64,000 nucleotides of DNA from Rhizophagus irregularis (GCF_026210795.1 NC_089432.1:5766001-5830000), one strand, 5' to 3'. Counted from the stretch's first letter, positions 39,000-53,320 are shown. The notes: generated by a model from the sequence alone, not told the origin. Numbers and translations: made by a program.

Positions 39000-39919
39000 T
39001 TATTATCGAAATCGGTATGAAAATGGAGAACTTCGACAAAGAATCAGAGCAATTTATGATTAGGGTTAAATTTTGGTTAGACTTCATTGTCCCAGAATTT
39101 TTCGTATTGCAGGACAAGCTTTACAATATGTCTAGTTGTTTTCCTGCTGTATATTTTTTGGTTAGACCTCGGACGGATTTTTGGTTAGACTTTTGGTTAG
39201 ACCTGTTGTCCCAGATTTTTTCGTATTTCAGGGAAAGCTTTACAATATATCTAGTTACCTTCCTGCTATACATTTTTTGGTTAGCAGGGTTGGATTTTGG
39301 ATTTGAGACTTAGCTGTCCCAGATTTTTTCGTATAGGAGAAAAAGCTTTAAAACGTATATAGTTGCTTATGCTATACATTTTTGGTTAGACTGGGCAGAT
39401 TTTTGGTTAGAGGCAAAACACTGTCCCAGATTTTTTCGCATAGCAGGGTGCTTTACAATATGTCTAGTTGCCTTCCTGCTATACATTTTTGGTTGAGCAT
39501 TTAATGGCTTAAATCATCGAATTTAATCCTTTTAGAAAGATCATAAAAATAGTATAGCCGCCACAATGATTGCAATGATCACGCATTGGTATTACAGACA
39601 CTTCGTGTCCTTCATACCTTTGGCACTTATAAAGGCAATCTGATATAGCATAAAATTATGATATCCTGGAATGGATTCATGCGTAATAATGCCTAGGTAA
39701 TATACGATGTTAATCTTATCTACAACAAGCTTTGGAGAGTTCTTTTAAAGTATCAGTAATATATATCGGGATGGAATCAAGTTAGGTGGCCTCAGGGATA
39801 AAAAAACAGGTATAGTGTTATCATATCAGAAAACAAGGCTAGGTGGTCTGGGGGTACACTAAATTATGGTTAGACCTATGTGATAGCCGCTGTCCCAAAA
39901 CCCCCAAGATTGTCCTACT
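39000..39919 (-). repeat. Right terminal inverted repeat of the Polinton-like element
   Basis: Reverse complement of the left TIR, without the 27282-27663 insertion. Confidence 0.92.
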
Positions 39920-41157
39920 GTATATTATATAGTATTTTGTATAATAAAAATGTAATAAAATTAATATTCTAATTAAAGGTAGACAAATCAGCCTATATGT
40001 TCTTTTTTAGGTATAATTTATCTATATATAGTAAGATCTTTAAAAATAAATTTTACCTTAGATTTCCAGTAACCTATCTTATAAGTAAACGGGATTCTGC
40101 TATATGTAGCAATATATAAACAAGAATCTTTCCATTCTTTTTTATATTAATAGCCTGCTGGAAAGCCAAATAGTTCATATTTATATTATTAAAAAACATT
40201 TTTTATATATAAAATTATAAAAATAAAATTATTTTTTTCACAAAAAAATTGTTATAATGATCATCAAAAAAAATTCCATTTACTAATTGATTTATTTACT
40301 ATTAATATTTAGTAATTATCAAATATTCAAATTATTTAGATATTCAATCTATTTATTAATCTAAATTTATTCAAATAATAAATTTCAATTTTATAAAATT
40401 TTATTTTTTAAATTTAAAAATTTTTAATTATCACAATTTATTGACAAATATAGATTTTTTTTTTATATATTTTTATATTTTTTTACAAACTTTTCCTATT
40501 ATCTTTTACATTAATATTTTTTATTATTTGAATTATTTGAATATATTTATTACATTTTTTTGAGATTTTAGAGGAAGTAAATCAAGATGGAATCCCAAAT
40601 TACGACTTTTTTCTTTTTAAATACCAGCCATCAAACTTTGTTTTACAAAATGCATAACTTTTAATTTATAATTATATTAATTGGTTAATTTACTGCATTT
40701 TTTAGTAAAAATTTTAAATGTTAAAAAGTATTAAGTCCAAAATATAATGTGAATATTTATATAATATATACATATAAATTTTTTACTAAGATACAATGTA
40801 TATAACTTTTGCTATATTTTTATAGCTCTTGTTCTAATTTATTAAAATATATAAGCATTTAAATTAATATTTCTTCAAGTTATATAGCCATTTAAAAATG
40901 GGATTTAAAACTTAAAGTAATTAGGGTGATTGAACCATGAGTGGTTGAGTTATCCACTGTAAGTGCATGCAAATTGTTTATATTGTTTGAATACCAAAAA
41001 ATGACCCTGAGCGTATTATGGAAACAGGGGGTAGTAAGTGCAAGTAGTATCACACTATGGAAAATCCCGGGTCATGATTAATGCACGTAATGGATCAAAG
41101 ATTCATATTTTAAACCTCTGGAACAGTATTCCGGAAAAATAAATATCTAATATTATA

Positions 41158-42831
41158 ATGACTGATAAAACACCAGTTGGACCACAAATAGGCAATAGTG
41201 CTGATCATTTTTTTCAGTCTGATAGTGATCTGGTAACCCAAGAGCGTCGAACCGCAAAAAGAGAAAATAAAGCTGGTGATCCAATAGAGTGTACTTCTAA
41301 AGTCTTATGCTTGGTACTGTCCGAAAAAGCTGAAGAATCAGAGTATGCTTATATTGGAGAATCAGGTTTCATTGCGAAAAGGATAAACTTATTGGTATGA
41401 TAAGAAACATATTATATAAAACTGCTGACAACAATGCTAATCCACTTTTTATTAGACTGGAAAAACTACTAAAGTTTTTAAGGGACATACTGGACCCGTT
41501 ACTTGTCTTGGTTTATGGTATAAAGATAATGATGAATATCTTATAACAGGATCATGGGATAAGACTCTCATCAAATGGAATACAAAGGTGAATAAATTGA
41601 TTTTTATAAGAACATTATTTAGAATTCCAATCTGTTATCTCGGATAGTTACATTTTGGTAATTACATTTTAGTAATTACATTTTAATATTTATATTTATA
41701 TAAATAATTTAAGAAAACATTTTTTTGAGATATCCTATAATAAATACCAAAATTTAAATGAAGAATCAGATGACGGATTGATTAACTAATTTAGTTTTAT
41801 GATCAATTATAGACTAAAGAGTCCATTCATACTTTTGTTGCGCATACTGATTTTGTAAAATCATTAGCAATTTCTCATTTTGCATCAATTCTTTATTCGG
41901 GTTCCTCAGATAATTTTATTTATTCATGGAATCTTGTAACCGGCGAACAATTACAAAAATTCAAAGGACATTCTCGTGGTATAGAAGATCTTGCTCTCGA
42001 TGAAACAGAAACTTTTTTATTTTCTGCTTCATCAGATGGGTATATTAGAAAATGGAATGCAAATACAGGTGAATGTTCACATGTATTTAAAGGACATTTA
42101 ACAAGTGTATATGCGTTGAAAATATTTAATGAAGAAATGTGGACGGGTAAGTATTCAGGCTTTTTATGTTACAATAGAATTTTTATTTAAGCTAATATTA
42201 TAATTATAATGGTACCTTAGCATCTGCTGATAAAACAGTAAAAAGATGGGATTTAGAAGTAATATGCTTTATAAATATCGTTTCCTATTTTATCATCTAA
42301 TAAATGTTAAAGGGTAATTTATTATTTAGACTGGTGAACCAGATACAACTTTAGCACATCCAGATTTCGTTAAATGTCTTGTGGTTATCGGGCCATATGT
42401 TATCACTGGATCACGTGACGAGAATATTAGAATTTTTGAGATCGGGGTTTGTATGAAAGTTTCCTACATTTTAATATATATACATATATTAATCAATTCT
42501 TTTATTAGAATGGAGATATGATCAATAAATTTGAAGGTCATTTTGATGAAGTTGCCTGCATGGCTGTCAGAGGAATTACATTATATACAGGTTCTTTGGA
42601 TTGTACTATAAGAAAATGGTCCATTGCAGGTATTATCCTTTGGTAACTGAAGATATATTTTTTAATCATATATTAAAATCTATTTTAATATTTAATTTTT
42701 AAGAAGAAGATATTCGTACTAAAACAGAAAATAAAAAGTCCTTACAAAAATCAATTCCAATTAAAAAAGAAGTCAACTCTTCATTGTTAACTGAAGAGGA
42801 AGAACGTGAATTGGCTGAATTAATGGAATGA
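41158..42831 (+). CDS. WD40-repeat protein (multi-exon)
   Basis: FKGHTGPVTCL, ITGSWDKTLIKWN, AHTDFVKSL, KGHSRGIEDL, SASSDGYIRKWN, HPDFVKCL, GHFDEVACM and C-terminal LTEEEERELAELME*. Confidence 0.88.
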
Positions 42832-43073
42832 AAAGTTAATTCGTGATCCCGTCTCGGAATCAGTAAAAGATACTAATATTAGCTAAAAATGTTTAAAATA
42901 AAAAAAAATCAATAAATGCTAATATAATTTCTGCAACTATTGTATTTCTAAACAAATTTATTTTTAAGGGTTAAGGGCTGGAACCTGGAATTGTTAAAAG
43001 AAAAAAAATTTTTAATTATTAGTACTATAGCAAAAATATTGTCATCTCTAAATTTTCTTAATTTTGAGCCATC

Positions 43074-43481
43074 ATTTACATTACTTTCTAACTATAAATT
43101 ATTAAATAAATTCAGCTAAATTCTAATCTTAAATTTAGTTTATAAATTTATTGGATTTTTTAAAATAAATTTACTCACTACCTATAAAGATAAATTATAG
43201 CTCTTTGGAATTCTCTTATCATGATGCATTAAATGGTAGTAAATCTAACATTGATATATGATTGGTTAACAATATGTAATTATTGAATAATTTATATATT
43301 AATGATAGGGATATGAATTTACTACTATTTGATGCATTATGATAAGAAGATTTCAAAGAGATATGATTCATTTTTATAGGATTGTTAAATGGTAAATAAG
43401 TGCATTTTAAAATCTGATAAATTATATAATTAAATTTGTGATTAGAATTTAGCTAAATTTATTTTAAAAAGTAATGTAAAT
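43074..43481. mobile_element. Fold-back, MITE-like long imperfect palindrome
   Basis: Inverted pairs atttacattacttt / aaagtaatgtaaat, aaattcagctaaattctaatc / gattagaatttagctaaattt and cttatcatgatgcattaaatggtagtaaat / atttactactatttgatgcattatgataag. Confidence 0.65.
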
Positions 43482-45657
43482 AATAAAGTTCCAAATGAAT
43501 AGCATAGCAGAAATCTTTACTTTATCACAATTTTGTTGATTATTTATCAATTATTCATTCAATTTTATTACTTTGCTATAATTATTTCAATTAAAAATCC
43601 TATATAATAATAATTTTATAAACAGTTTATTAATATTCATTTAAATTTACTGCATATTAAATTTTATTAAAAAAAAATCTTTAAACAATTCATAAAGTTT
43701 TGCCAAATTTTATCTATATGTTGTAACCAAAAATATGGGATAAATTACGCAGAAATTGATGTTAGTTAAAAATATTTATTTATTTAATATAGGAATTAAT
43801 ATTGTTATATTTTAGATAGTTTTATAGTTTAGTTTGTTAACATATGATTAGCATGTGACTTAACACATAATTTATAATAATGCAAATATTATAGAACATT
43901 ATAAAATATTGTAGAATATTGTAGAATAATTTATAATATCACAAAAGTTTAGTATTACAATAGTTTAGTGAAACATTAAAATATATAAAAAGGCTGGATT
44001 TTAACTTTTATCAGAATTTTTAGCTTTTAACTCATTATTAATAAAAATATTATTAATTATTAAAAGTTATTTTGAATATGCTCATGATATGCCTAAAATT
44101 TAATTAATATTAAATGATAAATCCAGAGAAACGAAGTATGGAAAATTATTCCAGTTTAATTAATTGATGTAAAGTTTATTTAATAATGTAAGGAAAACTG
44201 ATTATCGAAATTTGAAAGTTAAATTTAAAGTTATAAAAGAAATAAAGAAATGTTAAAATCTAAATTAAGCATAATATTAAACTAAGTGTCTACTGATATA
44301 TGGCAAGTATCAGTGACAATGTGTATTTTAATAATATTTATAAACATTTGCTTAATGATAATTTTTTAATTATTTAAAATTCTATATGATTATTTTAGCC
44401 ATTAATTCTTGAATATTTAAATAATATATTTTGAAAATTTGAAGTTTTACCTGTAAATCTGTGATTTTTCTGAAACTTTAAAGTCAAATTAGAAGATAAT
44501 TAGCAAATATTAGCAAATATTTACTAATTATTGAAAATTTCAGTTTAAGGTTAACTTTGATAATTAACAATATAATTTTTTTACCATAAAATTTTTTTAA
44601 TATATTTTTCATAAATTATACTATAAAAAACATTTAGTATAATTTGTTCAAGTATTTTTATGGCTTTAAATTTCAAAATTAATATAATCTATACTATATA
44701 ATAATTGTTTTTATGTATAACCATAACATTTAGACTACCCTGTATAAATAAATTTTAATTGTGTAATATTGTTTCTATTGGCATTTTATCATATGATATT
44801 ACACTAACTTCCAAAAAAAAATATTTTGCTTTTCATAAAAATAGGGATTTTAGTTTTACAAATATTTCAAAAAAAAAAATTTTTTACATACACTAATCAT
44901 ATAATTCTGACCAGAATTAATTTTTTTCTCCTTTTTATTGTGAAGTAATAGAAAACTAATCTGTACAAATATTTTTATATTGTGTTGCCTGCATTACCTG
45001 TTACATACAGATCATGTTTAAGGTTGCTGGAGAAACTAGAGGGTTTTGACAAATTGGTAAAATACCAAAATGGCAAAACTTTACCAAAACTATATAAAAG
45101 TCTTATTAAAAATTGGCAAAACTCTAGAGAAAAGCGAAACCTGATAAAACTTATTATAAATGCTGAAACTACCAAAACTTTGCCGAAACTATAATAAAAC
45201 TATAGTAAAATTTTGGAGAAACTAATCATAGAATTTTGGAGAGGTTTAGGCAGGCAATTTTAGTCATACTTTTTTATATGTATGTATATTGTTGCAAAAT
45301 AACGGGTTAATGGCTAGTATAATATATTATATAATCAATAAATAATTAGTAAAATAATATACTTAAATAGGTCAGATTAGATCAGATTAGATCAGATTAC
45401 CGTATATCGTAGACCATAATATTCAAGGTTGCTTGGCTAAACTCATTTTAACTTTTGACAAAAGTCTAAACTTTAATTAGTAATAGTTTAAACTATGACA
45501 AAAGGTTTTGACAATGGCTAAATATTTAAACTATATATAAACTTTCTAATTAATAAAATTTAAAATAAATAATTATTAATAATACATTATTGTATATATT
45601 TAAATAAATTTTTTATAAAATAATTATTATATATTAATTAACAATTATTAATAAATA

Positions 45658-45831
45658 CAGTCGAACCTCCATATAGTAACATTTCATATAGTCACATCAT
45701 ATAAAATTTCTCCATATACTCATACTTTTAGAAAAAATCAATTTATATAATTATTATATAAAAAACCTTTATATAATTACATCATAGTAAAAGCCTCTAA
45801 CCAATTAGATAACTATATAGAGGTCTGACTA
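45658..45831. mobile_element. Tc1/pogo-type MITE
   Basis: ta|CAGTCGAACCTCcatatagt ... actatataGAGGTCTGACTa|ta, with TA flanks. Confidence 0.6.
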
Positions 45832-46224
45832 TACTAGTAATAATATATAAAAAGTAAAATTATAAAACTAGTTATTAATTAAACTTATTATATATTTTAA
45901 TATATATAATGATTTAAATAATTAATATAATATATATTAAATTTTATAATTGCAATTTAATATATATTCTAGTATAATAGTTTAAATAATTTAATATAAT
46001 ATATATTTAAATCATATAATTTATTATAATAAATGGTAAACTTTATTAATTACTATGTAAAAATATATTTAAACCTTTCACAGTTTTACCAGTTTCATCA
46101 GTTTCGCAGTTTTGCAAATTTTTAATTTTTTAATAAAATGTTTCAATTAGTTTCAATTTTAACAATTGTTTAAATTACTTAGTTTTGCCTAACAATCTTA
46201 ACAATAATCCTCCTATACATAGTA

Positions 46225-46361
46225 CAGTCAACTCTTTATAAATGCATTCTCTATAAATGCACATCCTCTATAAATGCACCTTTTATCTAGTCCCAACTTG
46301 GGCTTTAATGCTAAATGCACAGTTTTTATATATATGTATTCTGTAAATACCGTATTGACTG
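46225..46361. mobile_element. Tc1/pogo-type MITE remnant
   Basis: ta|cagtcaa...ttgactg|ta with internal ctctataaatgcac repeats, related to 47420-47585. Confidence 0.5.
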
Positions 46362-47419
46362 TATAATTTAGATTTTTGATTATATTATTATTATATTATT
46401 ATTATAAATTAATACAATAATATATAGGCTGATTATTGGTAATTAAGTGTAATATAAAATTACTATTTTTAGTAAATTGTAATTAATAGTACTGAGCCAT
46501 CGAGCCATTGTAAAAAATTGGTACCAATCAGCCATCAATCAGATATTTTAATCAATTATCAATAGGTTATCAATTAGCCTTAAAAAATAATGTCAGTGGG
46601 TTGCCAACCTGTTATTAATCGTTAATCAATTGGCTATCAATCATATTGTCAAATTGGATACTAATAAGCTATCAATCATCTATCCAACTTGTGACAGATT
46701 TTGGCAGAAATTGACTCAATCAGCCATCCAGTTGAATCAATCGATTATCAGTCAAACATTCAATTGATGACTTATTGGTAGCCAATTTGACATCATTTGA
46801 CCTGTGTTAAGTTGTGGTTTAAAAAAGATTTGAAAAATTATATAATATAATTATATTGAAAAATCTGGCTGAAATTATTATCATAGCTTAATTTCAGCCT
46901 AATTTACAATGGCAAAATTCTTTGATTTTATATAAAATAAAACAATTTTAAAAATAATAGATCTTTTGATCAAATTATCCAATTGGAAAAAACTTTCTAT
47001 TATTATAATTACAAAGTAATATTCTATTAAATAAGTAAGTTTAAAATTTTTTTATTTAATATAAAAAGTTTTTTCTATTCATTTCAAGCTTCCCTTTAAA
47101 ATTACCTGACTTTAAACTATATGCACTATATTATAATTACAATCATTTATATAATTACTTTAGTTAAGTATTGAGATCATATTAAAATTATATTTGAAAA
47201 CTTGTAAAAATGTAGAAATTGTAAAAATTAATTTTAGCATTTCTACAAATACTTGTATATAATTTTAATATAATTTTGAGTTTTTGACATTCTTACAGTA
47301 TTTTATACAATTTCTACAATTTCATATACTTCAAAATATTAAAATTAATTTCAGTAGGCAACTTTAGTTCTGTAACTGATATAACTATATTCCATTCAAT
47401 AATATATATGTATTTAATA

Positions 47420-47585
47420 CAGTCAACTTTCTCTAAATGCACTCTCTTTAAGTATACATATTATATATTTATTTCCTAAATACACCACCCTCTTATAGAA
47501 AACATAAAATTTCTCTCTCTAAATGCACATCCTCTTTAAATGCACACTTTCATTATATTTTCAAGAGGGTGGAGAAAGTTGATTA
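47420..47585. mobile_element. Tc1/pogo-type MITE remnant
   Basis: ta|cagtcaactttctc ... gagaaagttgatt with internal ctctaaatgcac repeats. Confidence 0.5.
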
Positions 47586-47853
47586 TTCAATAAATTTCTT
47601 TTTTGATTACTCACCAATGTCTTGAAATTTGCCAATAACTTATTTGATAATTTAGGTATAAACTTACCAGTTTACAATCCTGCCTCACTGCTCATAAAAT
47701 ATTATTTGATGGATATATAATTATGTGAAGTTATACAGTTATGTGATTGTATATTCCACAACACGTTAGGTAATGCCGCCAAAAAGTCACATTAAAGTAA
47801 TATTATTGCTCAAAAGGTCTCTCGGAAACCATTTATTTTAAACATATATGTCG

Positions 47854-50800
47854 TTAATATCCTCCTCCCATGCCACTACCATTTGATCCTTCATGATTAG
47901 CATAATACAAATTATAATCCAATCTAACTACTAAACATAGAAATTGAACTGTTTCAGTAGCTGAATAAAAATTTAAAGCTTCAATTAATAATTTTATATG
48001 ATAAAAAAAATTATCTTCAAATTTATGTAATGTCCTATCTATAGAGTCCATTTGTGAAGGAGTAGACGTGGATTCCACTTGTGATAATTGTGATTCAAGT
48101 GCAATAAGGGACCTCGTGAATTTATCATAATAAAGACAGAATAATACTATTGTATGTACCATTTTTGCATAAATCTAAAATTAAATAAATGAAGTATTTA
48201 GAACAATTAATTTAATTCTAATATAATGAAATCTTTTATTGTACATAACTTACTCTCAATAATTTAGCATTAGTTAACATGCATTCTTTAAGACAAGTAT
48301 CCAGAAAATCGGAATGATATTGCAACACTTGATCAACTGTTGAAACCTGCATAGAAAGAAGAATTTATATATCTATTCTCTTAAAAGTAATAATTATAAA
48401 GGGATTGATTACCTTAACTAAATTTGCTTCCAAATTTCTCCATTGAGGCTCTAAAACTTCACTTGTTACGTAATACGAAAACTGTTGCACGAAAACTAAC
48501 ATCCTCTGCCTGAGAGCAAAAGCACGGCTTTTCCATGCTTCTAGAGCTGGATGTCCTGAACCACGACGCCAATGGAATGATTTAGTATGCTCAGTCCACG
48601 TATTACATAGTAATTGTTCGATATATTTAAGATAAAGTAAATGTCGAAACAATAGTTGATATTTGGTAAGTGCTTTACGAGAAATAACTAAGGATAACGG
48701 AAAGGTAACGATATAATCCAAAGTAAGTGCTTCAATTCCTATAATAAACAAACTATCATTAAATGGGACTAACACAAGTTAGAAAACAAGATATTGTCCA
48801 AATGGTCATAGAAAGCTAACCTGTCAATGGTTGTTTGTTACTTCCACCCATGATACTCCCAGATATACTTCCAGCCAAACTGCTAACAATACTTCCAGTG
48901 ACGCTACCTGCCACACTAGAAGCATAGCCTGGTTTTTCCGTACCACTTCCTACGCCATCTTCTGAACCTTCATTTTCGCTTTCAACATCTCCCATCTTTA
49001 CATTTTCCTTTCTGAAAGCAAAGCTTTCAGCCAAACGATTTGCCCGACTAAATGCAGGAGTCGGTTCCATCATTCCGGCAACATTGATAATGCGTAGCAA
49101 TTGGTCTACTAGACCAACGGTACTCATTTCAACTTTCACATCTTCCTTAAATGGATCAGTGTAAGCAACTGAAGAAGGATTACGAAGGACTAAATCAAGT
49201 AGAGACTGAAGCTTTGTAAGAGAAACATCTTTGGAGGGTTTTTTCAATTCAGCTGAGGCAAGGTCAAGGAAGTGCGTAAAAAAGTCAGATTGGTCTAGGA
49301 AGAAATAACGTTTGATCGATCTATACATAGGAATCACATTTCTTGCCTGTTAGTTAAATTTTTAAAAATTTTTAAAGCAACAATAAATTAAATTTTGTAT
49401 ACCGTAGACGAGCGATAAGTTGCTGATCTTTCAATAATAGATCTAATAGAGTTCTATTTGCGCATTTATAAGCAATCTCAATATTATCTACGAACCTAAT
49501 GATAGATCGTTTATAAAAGGTTACCAATATATTTAATATCATTATAATTAATAATTAATAAGTATTTTGAAGACCACTAACCTTCCACCATCCATAGCTA
49601 CCAAAATATCACTGTTCACATTTACATCAGTTCTATCTACACCATCCTTTCCCACAACTTCTTCGGTTGATTGTTGTTGTGGTTCTTGAATTGCAATTCC
49701 ACATTCGCGAATCACATTAAGATATTTACCAGCTAATAATATCTTATTCTTGAATGGAATCAAAAATGGAGGTAAAGTTTTATCGCGAATTGTGTAACGG
49801 GCCTCCCAGTACGCATCGTTGAAATCTTCTTTTAAATTTTCCTTTTTAACATTTTTACGTTCCTGTATCATGAACTCTTCATATGGATCTCGAATTTCGC
49901 CATGGTGTATCCAGGAGTGTAACATTGATACATAAGGCTGCGAGGCTTTTGATAGTAAATGCACATAAAGCTTTTTCGTTGCTAAATCGCTATTCGGAGA
50001 CGACATTTTATTATTAATAAATGGTAGAGTAAATAATATTTTATGTGATATCTGTCTATTTACCCGCTCATTGTAGTCATTCTATCAACCAATATAGTTA
50101 GTATGCCACCACCTTTGATCTGTTGCGGTATTTCATCTTTTTTATTATTAAAACCCTCAACTATTAATATATCGTCTTCATCTTCACTTGCATCCTGTGC
50201 CGCATCTAGAATATCCATTACCAGTGAATGAAGATTCGACATTGTATGTAAAGTCGGATGCACATAGAACCAAAACTTTTGAAGAGTAAAAGAAGGTGAC
50301 GTTCTGAACTGATGCTCTAATTGAGTAATTAGAATGAGATATTCCTGAGGATAAATAAGAAAAAGTCGATTTTATTTTTAAACTATCGAGTTCTGCCGAA
50401 TATAAGATCAGATATATATTAATACCTTTAATAACCCGCGCATGGCTGCACATAAAGCATGGCTGACAAATCCATATTCAAACTTAGAATGCTTTTCAAT
50501 AAAAGCATCGATTGAAGTAAAATACGTTGCAAGGGGTAAAATGCGTTCGGTCAAGTCCTTAAAAGAAGGATCTGAGAACAATGATAAAACAAATATATAA
50601 TTATTAAATGTTAACTATACTAATGAGGAAAAATTAATACCTAGTGATTCATCTACATAATAGTTGAATCTTTCTGTCTGTTCTTCAGATTTGCCCATTA
50701 AGATACATTTGCCTTCTATCCCCTTTAGTAGTATTGAAGGTGTCAATATTACTATAGTGAAATAAATATCCTTAAGTAATTTATTTCATACCATCATCAC

Positions 50801-51408
50801 GAATAATAAATCCTCGATAATTGCATATTCTTGTAATTGCAGTGGTAATAAACCTATTTTCAAATCTTTTTCATTGATGTCCCGCTGCTCTTATAATAAT
50901 TAAAATATACGATTAATTTAGTGTTTATGATCCCCCTTTTTATAAAAATGCACTACGTACCGTCGGTGAATAACGAACTCTAGAATTTAATGGCGCGCTA
51001 ATGAACTCACGTTCATCATAAAATGACTTTGAGGTATAACCTTATTGAGAATAATGGTTAATTCTAAAGTTAGTTAACTACAAAATGTATATACCAGTGT
51101 CCTCATTCTAAAAAAGTTACCTTCAGGGGTTAATTTATATTGAGAAACGCGTGATTTATTTGTTGACGATTCGAAACTTTTCCCATTGGTGCTTTGACGA
51201 ATGTTCGCTAGCTGTGCAGTAAGCTTTATTTTACGAAATAACGCGTTGAATACAAGATATTTATCATTGGCTAGTCAGGTAAATATCAAAGTACCTTGTT
51301 AACTTGTTGCTCGGTAAGTAACCCCTTAGCGGATGCTGTTATAACATTTTTACTGGTCTGCTCAGCTGAAGGAGTTGCAGAAAATGATCTAGGCCTTGGT
51401 TTACTCAT
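47854..51408 (-). CDS. SPC97: Gamma-tubulin complex component 2 (Spc97/Alp4/GCP2)
   Basis: [120 protein letters not shown] and [13 protein letters not shown]. Confidence 0.93.
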
Positions 51409-51577
51409 TTATATTAACGTCGGGTGCCAAAAATAAATTTTGACGAAAACTTTTATTTATTATTTGTTATAATGTCCATCTTTTGATGGATATCATGTGA
51501 TTTTCCAGATCTGTGGTACAAATCTCAAAAAATTTTTTTTTACAGTTCTTCCTTTTCTCCTCTCGTCATTAATAACG

Positions 51578-53069
51578 ATGGTGAGTTTTTTATCAATCCA
51601 TTGTTTTTATAAATAATTTCATTGAATCTTCTTATACTTCATAATCAATTTTGATTTTAAATTTCAGTCTGCAGCTATAAGACCCCAGATCAATATTTAC
51701 TCTGAGTCAGGAGATAGTACTATTGGAAAGCATGTACTTCCAGCTGTTTTTAAAGCTCCAATTCGTCCTGATATTGTGAGGGTTGTTCATACAAACATCT
51801 CAAAGAGTAATCGTCAGCCTTATGCGGTTTCTTCAAAAGCTGGACATCAAACTTCAGCTGAATCTTGGGGTACTGGTCGTGCAGTTGCCCGTATTCCTCG
51901 TGTGTCTGGGGGCGGTACTCACCGTGCTGGACAGGTTGATATAAATTATTAAGATACTGGTCATAATTAGTGTAAAAATTTATTTATTTTTATTAATTAA
52001 TTATTTATTTGTTTTCTTGGTATTAATTAGGGTGCTTTTGGTAATATGTGTCGAGGTGGTCGTATGTTTGCACCTACCAAAATTTGGCGTAAATGGCATG
52101 TTAAAACTAATTTGAATCAAAAAAGATTTGCCACAGCATCAGCTTTAGCAGCATCATCAATTCCATCGCTCGTATTAGCAAGAGGACATCGTATTGAAGA
52201 AATTCAGGAAGTACCGCTTGTAATTGGTAGTGGCATTGAGTCTTTAACTAAAACTAAAGCAGCAGTGGCACTTCTTAAAACTGTTCATGCTTATAGAGAT
52301 GTAGTAAAGGTTTCAAATTCTCGTAAATTAAGAGCTGGTAAAGGCAAATTGCGTAATCGTAGACATCGTCAACGTAGAGGTCCACTTATTGTTTATAATG
52401 AAGATAATGGCGTCGTTAAAGCTTTTCGTAATATTCCTGGTGTTGAATTAGTTAATGTTAGAAGATTAAATTTATTACAGTTAGCTCCTGGTGGCCACGT
52501 TGGTAGATTTATTATTTGGTCTCAGGGTGCTTTTGCTTTATTGGATAGTTTGTTTGGAACTTATAGGAAATCCGCTGCTCTTAAAAGAGATTATCAGTAT
52601 GTGTATTTTTTTTATTTTTATTTTTAGAAAAAAATACAATTTAAACTATTATTTTATATTCATTCTCTGAATTTATCACAGTCTTCCATCACACATTATT
52701 ACCAATTCAGATGTTACCAGTATTATCAATTCTAAAGAAATTCAATCGGTTCTTCGACCTGCCGGCGAAAAACATGAAAAACGCCCATTTACTCAAAAGA
52801 AGAATCCCTTGCGTAATAATGGTGTTAAGATTCGTCTTAACCCTTATGCTAAAATATTACAAAGAGCTGAAATTATTGCAGCTGAAAAACGTAAGGCTGG
52901 TAAAATTATAAAGAAGAAGCGTCAATTTAAAGAATCTACTAGGACTTCCGTTAGGTAGGCATATAGTAAAATTTAACATTTTTTTTTTGTTTATAAATTT
53001 TATAAATTAACGATTAATTTTTTTTTTAAAAAAAAAATTAGAACTCTTAAAATTTTGACTGATAAATAA
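51578..53069 (+). CDS. RPL4: 60S ribosomal protein L4 (uL4); first coding exon is only ATG
   Basis: [59 protein letters not shown] and [15 protein letters not shown]. Confidence 0.97.
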
Positions 53070-53320
53070 TATATAGTGATATTTTATTCTGTAGTTATAT
53101 TTTAGTCAGTTTTTTTTACTAAAAGCATTAAAAGCAAGATTGATTTATAAATTGATTTCAACTTTTTATTAAAAAAAAACCTAACTTAAATTCAAAAATA
53201 TTGATTATAATACCGTATAAATTAAATTGGCACGTGACTTATAAAGATGAGATTTTCCTAGTAAATTTTTTTTTTGATAAATTTCTTATTGTTTCGAAAA
53301 AAAAACAAACTTTAGAAAAT

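Larger units (their letters stand above)
26985..39919. mobile_element. Polinton/Maverick-like self-synthesising element (pPolB + integrase) carrying a Gag-like/aspartic protease module
   Basis: Begins AGTAGGACAATCTTGGGGG and ends CCCCCAAGATTGTCCTACT. GTATA flanks both ends (26980-26984, 39920-39924). ~0.9-kb TIRs, with pPolB and rve integrase genes inside. Confidence 0.92.

Noticed and set aside
26985..39919. Linear mitochondrial/cytoplasmic plasmid or giant-virus insertion
   Set aside because: No RNA polymerase or NCLDV core genes. The integrase, TSD and AG...CT termini fit a Polinton-like transposon.
44975..45194. 66-70 aa ORFs on both strands
   Set aside because: Low-complexity aaaact-repeat DNA within decayed TE sequence.
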